Source of the DNA: an uncultured Poribacteria bacterium
Lineage (GTDB): Bacteria; Poribacteria; WGA-4E; PCPOR2b
Length of the DNA stretch: 64,000 nt
Assembly: GCA_958296125.1 (NCBI GenBank)
Contig: OY282444.1
Location: 4,633,266-4,697,265 of the forward strand
Direction of reading: 5' to 3'
Positions within the stretch are counted from its first letter, which is position 1, and every line of letters starts with the position of its first letter. Both the position numbers and the translations under genes were made by a program. Shown here piece after piece: positions 8,559-17,897 of this stretch. The notes beneath the pieces are model-generated. The model made no database searches, was not told the origin of the DNA, and worked only from the letters and a program-made list of their open reading frames with translations.

Positions 8559-10004
8559 TCATTCTTCGATTGTTTCCCAATCGAGATTACTCTCATTCCA
8601 CTCAAATACTTCAAGCGGACCAAATTTCAGGTTAATCGTCAAACTTCTAGGGGTTGGCGAACTATCAAAACGATTGAAGTCGCGGATAACCACATAGGTA
8701 TGCTGGCCATCAGAAATTTCCGCACAGGCAACGATAAAATCGTCGAGATTCCTAATCGCCCGTCCATTGATTTCCAGAATAACTACTTTTGAATTACCGC
8801 TGCGCTCGCGGATGCCAACGCGGGAAAAGCTACTCCCCGCATCTGCATGTGGGAGGTAGACCCCATCCGCCTCAAAGTAGAGTAGATGCCTGAGTTGAGG
8901 GGTTATATCGTGAAAGGCGGATCCGGCGAAACGGACAAACCGACGCACTTTCTTTAACTCGATATCTTCTACGAAGACTTCAACCGTTACAGCTGTTCCG
9001 TTGCGATAGATATCCAAGGTCACACTTTTCCCGGCGTTTTCGTTGAGGATTGCGTCGAAAGTATATAGATCATCACGAATTAACTTTCCATTAATCTTGT
9101 AGATAATATCGGAAGCAAGGAGGCTTGCCTCACCTGTGGTTTTGGGAATAATCGACTCAATCTGAATCACTTTCGGCGTTCCCGAATCTGAGGGGCCAAT
9201 CTCTGCGCGAGATGCTTCGGGTAGCCCAAAATGCTTAATCGCCTCTCCAATCGAGATTAGCTCCAAATCCACACCAATCTCCCCACGTTGAATTGTCCCC
9301 CCAGCTTGGATCTGTTTGAGGGCATCGATTACATAATTGATAGGCAGTTCAAAACTGGAGGTGTCGGTTCCGCGCGCATGGAGAGCGATGACCTGACCTT
9401 TTGTGTTCCAGACAGGACTGCCGCTCGATCCGCCTGTGCGATCAAACGTTGTATGGATGTAGCTGGAATGCCGATCCCCTTTGTTCACGTTGAGATTGGC
9501 AACCGTGCCAAACTTGATGGAATACTCCTCCTTCTCATTATTGCCGATTAGGAGTAGTTCATCCCCCAGCGCAAGATTCCGCCAAGAACCGAGTTGCACG
9601 GCTTGGAGATCAAACAGCACCTCCTTCGGGTCGATCTTGTAGAAACCGAAATCGTGCGTCGGATCATAGTAAAGCACCTGTGCCTCCGTAAAGCTACCGT
9701 CGTAGAAGTTGATCTTGACATAAGATGGGCTGCTGCCGGTAACATGCCGATTGGTTGCAATAATTCCGTGCTCCGCATCAACGATGAAGCCGGTGGCGAA
9801 ACTGGTCCCCTTCGCCTCTGTTTCAAACACAACCTCCGAAGAGGTCTCGACATTCACGACCATCGGTTTGAAAGCGGCAATCTGTTCTGTCCAATCGTGT
9901 TCTGCGGTACTTTCCAAGACAATTCCCCCGCCTCCTAAAACAACTATTAGCAACCAAACGACAATCTCTCTTCCAATTTTGGGTTGACCCCATCTCAAAA
10001 ACAT
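8559..10004 (-). CDS. Trypsin-like PDZ serine protease, Nma111/DEG7-like
   Basis: ATGFIVD..GIIATNRHV (His), DPTHDFGF (Asp), GGSSGSPV (Ser); two PDZ-like regions; N-terminal hydrophobic segment. Confidence 0.85.
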   Translation of the reverse strand: MFLRWGQPKIGREIVVWLLIVVLGGGGIVLESTAEHDWTEQIAAFKPMVVNVETSSEVVFETEAKGTSFATGFIVDAEHGIIATNRHVTGSSPSYVKINFYDGSFTEAQVLYYDPTHDFGFYKIDPKEVLFDLQAVQLGSWRNLALGDELLLIGNNEKEEYSIKFGTVANLNVNKGDRHSSYIHTTFDRTGGSSGSPVWNTKGQVIALHARGTDTSSFELPINYVIDALKQIQAGGTIQRGEIGVDLELISIGEAIKHFGLPEASRAEIGPSDSGTPKVIQIESIIPKTTGEASLLASDIIYKINGKLIRDDLYTFDAILNENAGKSVTLDIYRNGTAVTVEVFVEDIELKKVRRFVRFAGSAFHDITPQLRHLLYFEADGVYLPHADAGSSFSRVGIRERSGNSKVVILEINGRAIRNLDDFIVACAEISDGQHTYVVIRDFNRFDSSPTPRSLTINLKFGPLEVFEWNESNLDWETIEE

Positions 10005-10067
10005 TGTTATTCCTCCATTATTAAGAATGAGGGCGACAACAAGGGTTGCCCCTACTGTTCACATCAA

Positions 10068-12047
10068 TCATCCGAGTTTCGCGCGTACCATATGCGCGCC
10101 TTCATTAATTGCATCAAAGAAATTTCGGACTTCAACGCAGTCTCCTACCTCGTAAACCTCACATCGCAGGTCAGCGGCTTCAATATCTCGCTTGAGTCCC
10201 CTTCGTGGCGTATAGCCGCGACTAATTATTAGCTTCTCAACGGGATGGAACTCCTCTGCCCCATCGTCCGTGGCAAGCATAACCCCCGTCTCGTTAACCT
10301 GCTTCAGTTCACGGCTTGCCAGTATCCTCACCCCTGCATCCCGCACCCCTTTTCTAAGCACAGCCAAGTTCGTTCCGTGCTCCTTCAATTTGATTACATC
10401 TTCTTCGCTTCGGCGTGAGGCCAGAACGACATCGCGTCCCTGCTGTGCGGCAAACCATGCAACCTCATAGCCGACCAAGCCCGCACCGAGCACCATCACC
10501 CGCTCGCCGATGTCCAGTTCATCCCAACGCACTATCGCGTCAATTGCGGTGACAACATTGTCTCCTTCAATTCCGGGGATATCCGGAATAATTGCCTCGC
10601 CGCCTGTTGCAAGGATAACGACATCCGGATACTCGCTTTTTAATGTATCCAGTGTAACGGTCGTGCCCGTCCGAACCTCCAAGCCTACGTTCTGAACTTC
10701 CGTAATATAGTAGTGGAGCAGGCGTTTAATATCCCATTTGAAATCCGGAATCGATGCCGAAATCATCTCGCCCCCAATCACATCCCGCTTTTCGTATATG
10801 ACAACATCATGCCCCATCTCCTTAGCGCGCAAACCCGCCTCCAGACCGCCCGGCCCCGCTCCGACGACGACCACCTTTTGGGGCGAGTCGGTTTTGTTGA
10901 ACGCAATCAGTTTTTCTCTGCCCACAATGGGATTCGTTGTGCACTGCACGCCACCACGATCCATGACCACAAAGGTGTGGCAAAAATTACACCGAATACA
11001 CGGAATAATATTCTCTCCTGCCCCTGCTTTCTTCGCCCAGTGCGGATCAGCAATTAGCGTGCGGCCAAGGGCGACCATATCAGCACGCTCCCGCGCAATA
11101 ATCTCCTCTGCATGTACCGGGTCAGTAATTCCACCCGTAGCGATAACGGGGATTCCAGCACCATTCTGCTTGATTTCCTCTGCCAAATCAACCAGCGTGT
11201 TAGGCTTAATATAAAGCGGCGGCACAGATGGATGGGTACATTCGACAAACCCTTTGACCTGCATGATCGTTGCGGAAGTGGTTGCCACATGCAGGTAGGC
11301 AACACCGAGATTCTCCATGTACTTCGCAATCTGTAGATGAAGGTCATCTTTTATGTGTTCGTCGTATCGGTCATTCACGCCGCCATGGAGATGTTCATGT
11401 GCACTGAACTTAAAACCGACTGGAAAATCTCCACCGCAAACCTGCTTAATCCCCGTGACGATTTCGGTGCCAAACCGCATACGACGTTCAAAATCACCGC
11501 CATAGTCATCATCCCGCCGATTCGTGTGGGGCGACATAAACTGCCCACCGAGATAAGAATGTGCACAGTGATACTCCACTCCGTCGAAGCCTGCTTGTTT
11601 CGCCCGCGCTGCCCCCAAAATGAACGCTTCTATCACCTTTTGAATGTCATCCACCGTCATTTCGCGCGGAACCTCGGTATAAAGTTCGCTTTCAATGGCG
11701 GAAGGTGCAAACGGTTCAACATAAGATTTTCCGCCCAGCACGGCGATCTGCATAAATATTTTGGATCCGGCATCCTTGACCGCCTCCGCCATGCGCGCAA
11801 GCCCTGGGACGAACTTATCGTCCCAAACCGCGGTGGTAATCACACGTTGTTCGGGCCACACGGAGGTGAATTCAGTGATAATCAAGCCGGTTTCGCCCTT
11901 TGCCCGTTCGACCAGAAAATCTATATAACGATCAGTGACTTGTCCCTCTGGATCATGCAACCCCACGTCAAGCGGTGCCAAAACAACGCGATTTTTTAAT
12001 TCTAGTGAATCAACTTTTATTGGAGAAAATAGATGGGGAAACAACAT
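10068..12047 (-). CDS. NADH:flavin oxidoreductase (OYE barrel + 4Fe-4S + FAD domain; FadH/BaiCD-like)
   Basis: LKNRVVLAP, GFDGVEYHCAHSYL, CIRCNFC, VGAGPGG. Confidence 0.9.
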   Translation of the reverse strand: MLFPHLFSPIKVDSLELKNRVVLAPLDVGLHDPEGQVTDRYIDFLVERAKGETGLIITEFTSVWPEQRVITTAVWDDKFVPGLARMAEAVKDAGSKIFMQIAVLGGKSYVEPFAPSAIESELYTEVPREMTVDDIQKVIEAFILGAARAKQAGFDGVEYHCAHSYLGGQFMSPHTNRRDDDYGGDFERRMRFGTEIVTGIKQVCGGDFPVGFKFSAHEHLHGGVNDRYDEHIKDDLHLQIAKYMENLGVAYLHVATTSATIMQVKGFVECTHPSVPPLYIKPNTLVDLAEEIKQNGAGIPVIATGGITDPVHAEEIIARERADMVALGRTLIADPHWAKKAGAGENIIPCIRCNFCHTFVVMDRGGVQCTTNPIVGREKLIAFNKTDSPQKVVVVGAGPGGLEAGLRAKEMGHDVVIYEKRDVIGGEMISASIPDFKWDIKRLLHYYITEVQNVGLEVRTGTTVTLDTLKSEYPDVVILATGGEAIIPDIPGIEGDNVVTAIDAIVRWDELDIGERVMVLGAGLVGYEVAWFAAQQGRDVVLASRRSEEDVIKLKEHGTNLAVLRKGVRDAGVRILASRELKQVNETGVMLATDDGAEEFHPVEKLIISRGYTPRRGLKRDIEAADLRCEVYEVGDCVEVRNFFDAINEGAHMVRAKLG

Positions 12048-12175
12048 ACCGTGTCTCCTGTTGTGTAAATGAGTGCCCTGTCATCCGCAATCCAAATGTC
12101 ACAACGATTGCTTCGTTCAAGGGCAGGTTTTCGGGCTCCCTTTCGCTCTGGATGACCGCTGGGCAACCCGGGCGA

Positions 12176-13300
12176 TTACCAATCTTGAACCGAACCGTCC
12201 TCCCGCCGCAAATGTGGGGGTTCACCCGGTGTGGGCGGATACGCGGCTGCGGCTTCTTCGTTCAGATCGATTCCCAAGCCCGGCCCCTCAGGGGGGAGGA
12301 GATAGCCATCCTCCGTCCGCAAATCGTGCTGAATGACCGCGTCCATCCAACCTGACGATGGAGCATACTCCTGCACCGCACAGTTGGGTATTGACATATT
12401 CAGATGCAACATCGCTGCCGAGCTGACAGGGCTTGAGGTATAGTGACAGGCAAGTTCTTGATAATGGACTTCCGCCATCGTCGCGATCTTCTTCCCTTCG
12501 GTGATACCGCCGCTGTGACAGATATCCACCCGGATGTAGTCGATTAATTCCCGCTCAATCAACTCTCGAAACATCCATTTCGTCGGTAGCTGCTCGCCGG
12601 TGCCGATCGGGACATTCGTGTGCTCACGTAGCGTCGCAAACGATGCCGGATTCTCGGAACGGATGGGGTCTTCGACAAAGAATGGGTGACATTCCTCAAT
12701 CGCGTTGCACAACTCAATGGCGCGGGTTGGGGTCAGGCGGGTGTGTACCTCAAAGATGACCTCAGCCTCATCACCGATTGCCTCCCGCAACGCACTAAAA
12801 TGCTCGACCCCACGCATGACCGCGCGTTTTTGATCGAATCCGCCCTCAATCGTATCAATGGGTGAAATTCGTAAGACCTTCCACCCCTCTTCCAACTGTT
12901 GCTGTGCCTGCTCAATGAGTTGTTCCGGTGTACCTCCACCGGTATGCCGATAGACCAGCACCTTATCCCGCGTTGCGCCACCCAGCAGCCGGTAGGTCGG
13001 CACACCAAGTGCCTTCCCTGCTAAATCCCACAGCGCAATGTCAACCCCAGCAAGCGCGGATTGTAGCACGGGCCCACCACGCCAGAACGTTCCGCGGAAG
13101 ATGTCTTGCCATATATGCTCAATGCGGGTGGCATCCTGTCCAATCAGGAGCGGTTTAATATGGTGTTCCAATGCCCCGACGACAGCTAACGATCTGCCGC
13201 TTAATGAGGCTTCTCCAATGCCATATATCCCCTCGTCAGTCATGATCTTAACGTATATGAACTGGCCCACTGGAAATACTTTGAGATTTGTAATTTTCAC
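12176..13300 (-). CDS. Mandelate racemase/galactonate dehydratase-like enolase superfamily enzyme
   Basis: FWRGGPVLQSALAGVDIALWD, EVHTR, FVEDP, GEQ; GTG start at 13300 after AAGGAG. Confidence 0.88.
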   Translation of the reverse strand: MKITNLKVFPVGQFIYVKIMTDEGIYGIGEASLSGRSLAVVGALEHHIKPLLIGQDATRIEHIWQDIFRGTFWRGGPVLQSALAGVDIALWDLAGKALGVPTYRLLGGATRDKVLVYRHTGGGTPEQLIEQAQQQLEEGWKVLRISPIDTIEGGFDQKRAVMRGVEHFSALREAIGDEAEVIFEVHTRLTPTRAIELCNAIEECHPFFVEDPIRSENPASFATLREHTNVPIGTGEQLPTKWMFRELIERELIDYIRVDICHSGGITEGKKIATMAEVHYQELACHYTSSPVSSAAMLHLNMSIPNCAVQEYAPSSGWMDAVIQHDLRTEDGYLLPPEGPGLGIDLNEEAAAAYPPTPGEPPHLRREDGSVQDW

Positions 13301-13505
13301 GGTTTTCTCCTTGATAAGCTGGCTAGGACGGGTTGACAAACGCGGAAAGACACTTCCCAATCTTAATGATAGCATGACCCTATATGTCGGTCAAGCCCAA
13401 AAAACGGTGTCGGTAGATTGAGCGATTAAACGCTAATCTTTATCAAAATCTTCCGATCTAAGACCATGTTCGCATGGCTAACAAGCACGATTGCACAATT
13501 CAACT

Positions 13506-13570
13506 CCCTAAAGGTCTAGGACTTTCGGAACGGGGAACGGATAAGAATCCCAACCCTTTAGGGTGTATGG
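13506..13570. repeat. Short inverted-repeat element resembling an IS200/IS605 end remnant
   Basis: ccctaaagg (13506) ... aatcccaaccctttaggg (to 13563); directly downstream of hsdS; no transposase nearby. Confidence 0.4.
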
Positions 13571-13575
13571 GTATG

Positions 13576-14841
13576 TCAATTAAGATTGGACACCCCTAGC
13601 TCGCCGGAGATTAGCTTAGGAATCAGGAGATCGCGGGTTTGGCGGAGGTTGGTGTTTTTCAGTGTCAATACCCGTATTGAATCTAGTATCGGAGCAACAA
13701 TATCACTGAATTGTTTTATCAATAGATCCGGTGGTCTAACGATTGGCATTATAGCCAATGCCCCGTCCCACGTTGCGTAAGGAATGGTGCTCCCTGTTGA
13801 GTAATTGCTAGAATACTCAACCGTTGAATCTTGAAACATTGTAAAAAGGTCAAAAGGATAATTGTCAGGTGCCTTTGATCTCAAAACAAAACAGGTCTGT
13901 CTGGTAATACCATCAAAGGGAGCAAAAATAACTTTGTGAAAATAAGATCGCATGGCACCAAACAGAATGTCATTTCTTTTGAAAGCCATTAGGCTACTCT
14001 TGGCTTCACTGGATGGCTTGTGTTCAATTAGTCCTATTGAACGTCTTGGAATACAATCAATTGGAACATAGGGCAAAGGTTCTAGATGCTTGCCCGGTTT
14101 TACCTTTTCCTTGATGTTTTCAATGGCATCTCCGAGTGTTCCTACCTTCCACCCCTGCGGTATCAAGCCCAATTCTGACTCCACCCCTGGTCTCCCCGTT
14201 CCGAGGGCAGGCGGAGCGGACATCGGCACATTTTCATGGCCCGGAAAACGGAATTCGACAAACCATTCTCGGTAGATTGCACTTGCCATCTCCTCAAAGA
14301 TTTTGATGCGGCGGGTGTTATTCTCGATTAGGTTGTCGTAGGTGCTAAGGATCGCGGCGATTTTGCGCTGGGTTGGAAGGGGGGGAAATGGAATTGAGGT
14401 CAATCTAATATGGTTTGGGCTAATATTATCTCTTGTCGAACCAAAGAAATGAGGCTTGATTGCATCATAAAAAAAGCGCGACTCAATAAAACAGGCTAAA
14501 AATTTCTGTTCAATTCTTTTGGCCCGAACTCCCACTACTTGTGAACTTAAAATTGCTGGCTCATCGAAATTATAAACCGAAGAGGCCCCGACTCTTTTCC
14601 CAATCTTTGCTATCAGTATGTCTCCTCGAAACAGGCGTTTTTGATTAAGATTTAGCACAACATCCTTGGGAACACGCTTTACATCTGATAGATCAACTTG
14701 TCTGCCAAGATCTCCGATGCGAAATATCGGAATTCCATTATCAACATATGATTTATGGTTAAATTGGGAATAACCATTTATAAGTTCGGCAACTTGTCCA
14801 ATCTGAACACTCTCCCACCCATAAGGTAATTTGTCAATCAC
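13576..14841 (-). CDS. hsdS: Type I restriction specificity subunit (orphan)
   Basis: Two TRDs; PPLPTQRKIAAIL..YREWFVEFRFPG; C-terminal LRQTRDLLIPKLISGEL; AT-rich TRDs; no hsdM/hsdR adjacent. Confidence 0.92.
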   Translation of the reverse strand: MIDKLPYGWESVQIGQVAELINGYSQFNHKSYVDNGIPIFRIGDLGRQVDLSDVKRVPKDVVLNLNQKRLFRGDILIAKIGKRVGASSVYNFDEPAILSSQVVGVRAKRIEQKFLACFIESRFFYDAIKPHFFGSTRDNISPNHIRLTSIPFPPLPTQRKIAAILSTYDNLIENNTRRIKIFEEMASAIYREWFVEFRFPGHENVPMSAPPALGTGRPGVESELGLIPQGWKVGTLGDAIENIKEKVKPGKHLEPLPYVPIDCIPRRSIGLIEHKPSSEAKSSLMAFKRNDILFGAMRSYFHKVIFAPFDGITRQTCFVLRSKAPDNYPFDLFTMFQDSTVEYSSNYSTGSTIPYATWDGALAIMPIVRPPDLLIKQFSDIVAPILDSIRVLTLKNTNLRQTRDLLIPKLISGELGVSNLN

Positions 14842-14896
14842 GCCGCGTCCTCCAAAATCATCACCGCATTCTGTCTGAATCTGAATTTACTGGATT

Positions 14897-14987
14897 GGCT
14901 CATGTTAAGAAGTCGCGCGACAGAAACCGATTGGTTGGCAAAAACACGGTTTCTTTTCGAGTTTCGCGCTTGCTGTTTACATGAGCC
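14897..14987. mobile_element. MITE/REP-like element (family A) with ggctcatgt...acatgagcc terminal inverted repeats
   Basis: 9-bp perfect TIR; internal agaaaccg...cggtttct hairpin; homologous copies at 4469-4538 and 57382-57441. Confidence 0.65.
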
Positions 14988-14994
14988 TCAAGTT

Positions 14995-17715
14995 TCACAT
15001 CGAGATGCCGAGCAATCCACGCGTAAATTGGAAATCTGTGTTTCCCTTTCCATAAAGTTTGGGCGTGTAGCGGCGCGAGGCAACCTCTAAAATAGATTCG
15101 AGCATTTGCGCCGAAAAGCCTTCCGGTGTCCAATTCGCATCGGCAGGCAGGAGGTCCAGATCCGCTTCATAGATTGATCCCGTAGTCTCCTCCGTTGTGG
15201 CTTGGATTAGCGGAATCATACGGTGTGCCTGAAGGGGATGTCCCACAACATGCGCGAACATCAGATCAACACCCGTCGCTCCCAATCCGGTTAAGGTCTC
15301 CACGACGTGATCGGTGGGAGTCTCCATGATATGAAACCCGGGTTCGGTGATACTTTGACCGTAAGACAGAGTATTCCTTAATGAGACTTGAGGGGGATCG
15401 CCGAGGGTATGCACCGCATAGAGGGACGAGGTTAAGAAGGTTGCATTTGCCGGGACAACAACTGTCCCACCCGCACCGATGATGGTCTGGGTAAGATGCG
15501 CCAGACTCTGTGCCACCGTTCCCATCACTTTTCCGCTCGAAGTCAATCCAATCCGAAGGTGCTCCAAACCGACATCCGCGTAATTGGGGCGAGGCATTGA
15601 CACCACAGATCGACTGAACCAATCCTCCACTTTTTGGAGCACGGCATCAATACCGCCATCCAACTGCACGCTCGCCCAACCATACCGCTCAAGTGGGATA
15701 CCTTGTTCTGCAAGTGCGTGGCGTATGTAGTCGTTGTGGGTCTTTTCACAGCCATGTTCTAAGGGCAAACCAAGTGCGACCATTGGATGAATCAGATGCC
15801 CGATGAGTGTCCGTCTGTAGATATCTTCCGAGTTCCCACCCGATACACCACACCCCTCCGTATGCGCCAACGCAACATAGCGAGAAATGCCATGCTCGCG
15901 TCCGAGCCCTTTTTGGTTAAGCCGATCGGCAATCATTTGGGCAATCTGACCGGAACAGAGACTTGTGGGCAAGACCAACCCGATCTGATCGCTTCGGTAG
16001 CCGCTTTCGGTCTGTATGGCACTAAAAGTGTGTTCAGATCGCGGGACATCGAGTTGAATTGGAATCGGCTTGCCGGTTGGGGCTTCGGCTGAGAGCACCG
16101 TTTCTGGATTGACAGGCACCGTCTGTTTCCAATTCCGCCAGATTGACACCTGTGAATGCCCTGCCTTTTCCCCGATAGATCGCTCCCCAGCGGCAATATT
16201 GACAGTGAGATTGAGCATCTCCTGTCCCAATTTCTCCATCGGTGTGCCGTCTTGGTAAGCACCGGCATTGACATCCATGTCGTTCTTCAACATTTCATAT
16301 CGCCCGGTGGTGGTGACAATCTTGATTGTCGGTACAAAGGGGAAGTTCGTTATAGATCCGTTGCCGGTGACAAAGAAGATCATGTTTGAACCTGAAGCCA
16401 CCTGTCCTGCGATGCTCTCAAGGTCATTTCCGGGGCTGTCCATAAAGTAGTAGCCCGGTGCAAGCATCCGTTCCCCGTAATTGATGACGTAGTCGAGACA
16501 GACCTCCGGATCGCGTTTCATCGCGGCACCAATCGATTTGATGACAATATTGTATAACCCTCGAAAATTATTCCCGCCAGAGGGATTGGCTTCGGCGGTA
16601 TGACCGTGCCAGCGCGCTCGCTCCTTAAACCGATCGATTGTGCCTAAAAACCTGCGAGCAGTCTCAAAATCTCTAGCGTTCTGAAGCACATACGGCTCGG
16701 CACCGATTAATTCATCGGTTTCCGCGAGGTTGGAGGCACCGCCATAACGGATAACCTCTTTCGCAACGTAGGCTGCCAATGGGTTGCCCGATACCCCGGA
16801 GAATGCGTCTGAGCCGCCGCATTGAAGTGCAATCTTCAGGTTGGAGAGAGATTCCTCGGTGCGCTCCATTGCGTTTACCGGGTCTAGCCACCCTTTGATG
16901 ATTGCCCCTCCTGTGTCCAAACTGGCATCAAAGCCGCCCTGTATGCTCAGAAAGTGGTGTGGCACCGCCGCCAACGGATAGTTGTTTTCGGCCATATAAC
17001 GTTGAAGCATCTGATTCGTGACTACCTCCGAACCGTAATCAACGGCTAGGACCGCCCCGATGTTGGGGTGAATGGTAAAGCCGGCGAGTGTGCGAAGCAA
17101 CATCTCAAGGTTATTGGGCGTTGTACTTTCCCCGCCTTCGGTGTGCGTCACGGCAACGACCCCGTCAATATCTTCGCAATTTGTCCCAACCTCCTTGAAT
17201 CGGTCCGCAAGCACCTTCGCATAGCCGGAAGTTTGAGAGGTTGTTCCCATGATAACGATATAATTTCGTGTTCCAACCCCACGACCGCTGTCCCGCCGAT
17301 AGCCGAGGAAAGACCTATCGCAATCATATTGAGGGACTTGTGACCCCGGCTGAAATGTGTCTCCATCGAGGATGTAGGGAGCAATCTGATCTTTGAAGTT
17401 TGGACGGGATGGCAGCGCAAAGTCGATATCCCGTATCGAAAGCGCATCAAGGATCTTCTGGTTGCAGGCATAGTCACCGGGAGATAAATCTGTGATTGCA
17501 ACGCCGAAAGGCAGGCCCCATGACAACAGCGATTCCCCTTCAGGAATCGACTGAATTGCGAACCGGTGCCCTTCTAAAATTGTATGGGATATGGTGAAAC
17601 CATAACCGTTATAGTTAATCTCCGCGCCAGCGTCTATTCGTCGTGTAGCGATTGCCACGTTATCGTCCGATGCCGGCAGTCTTCCAACCCCTTGAAACTC
17701 GTATTGATTTGCCAT
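14995..17715 (-). CDS. UxaA/GarD-family altronate/galactarate dehydratase with SAF domain and duplicated C-terminal domain
   Basis: DNVAIA SAF start, GRGVGTRNY, LQCGGSDAFSGVSGNP, ETDELIGAE; second HTEGCG/HGCEK repeat after about aa 570. Confidence 0.85.
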   Translation of the reverse strand: MANQYEFQGVGRLPASDDNVAIATRRIDAGAEINYNGYGFTISHTILEGHRFAIQSIPEGESLLSWGLPFGVAITDLSPGDYACNQKILDALSIRDIDFALPSRPNFKDQIAPYILDGDTFQPGSQVPQYDCDRSFLGYRRDSGRGVGTRNYIVIMGTTSQTSGYAKVLADRFKEVGTNCEDIDGVVAVTHTEGGESTTPNNLEMLLRTLAGFTIHPNIGAVLAVDYGSEVVTNQMLQRYMAENNYPLAAVPHHFLSIQGGFDASLDTGGAIIKGWLDPVNAMERTEESLSNLKIALQCGGSDAFSGVSGNPLAAYVAKEVIRYGGASNLAETDELIGAEPYVLQNARDFETARRFLGTIDRFKERARWHGHTAEANPSGGNNFRGLYNIVIKSIGAAMKRDPEVCLDYVINYGERMLAPGYYFMDSPGNDLESIAGQVASGSNMIFFVTGNGSITNFPFVPTIKIVTTTGRYEMLKNDMDVNAGAYQDGTPMEKLGQEMLNLTVNIAAGERSIGEKAGHSQVSIWRNWKQTVPVNPETVLSAEAPTGKPIPIQLDVPRSEHTFSAIQTESGYRSDQIGLVLPTSLCSGQIAQMIADRLNQKGLGREHGISRYVALAHTEGCGVSGGNSEDIYRRTLIGHLIHPMVALGLPLEHGCEKTHNDYIRHALAEQGIPLERYGWASVQLDGGIDAVLQKVEDWFSRSVVSMPRPNYADVGLEHLRIGLTSSGKVMGTVAQSLAHLTQTIIGAGGTVVVPANATFLTSSLYAVHTLGDPPQVSLRNTLSYGQSITEPGFHIMETPTDHVVETLTGLGATGVDLMFAHVVGHPLQAHRMIPLIQATTEETTGSIYEADLDLLPADANWTPEGFSAQMLESILEVASRRYTPKLYGKGNTDFQFTRGLLGISM

Positions 17716-17816
17716 AAAACACTCCTTTGTAACGTAATCTCAACACTTGCATATATAATAGCACATCACCCGCTTATACTGGCACAAACTTTACGAATGC
17801 TTCTTCTATTTTTGTA

Positions 17817-17846
17817 TTGACTGAATCCGTGCATATATGTTAAGAT
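17817..17846 (+). promoter_or_regulatory. Sigma70-type promoter for the GT2-radical SAM pair
   Basis: TTGACT-N18-TAAGAT with TGn extended -10. Confidence 0.5.
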
Positions 17847-17897
17847 GAGATCTGATAAAATTATCAATTTATTTCAAACGCCATCAGATATTGCCCT

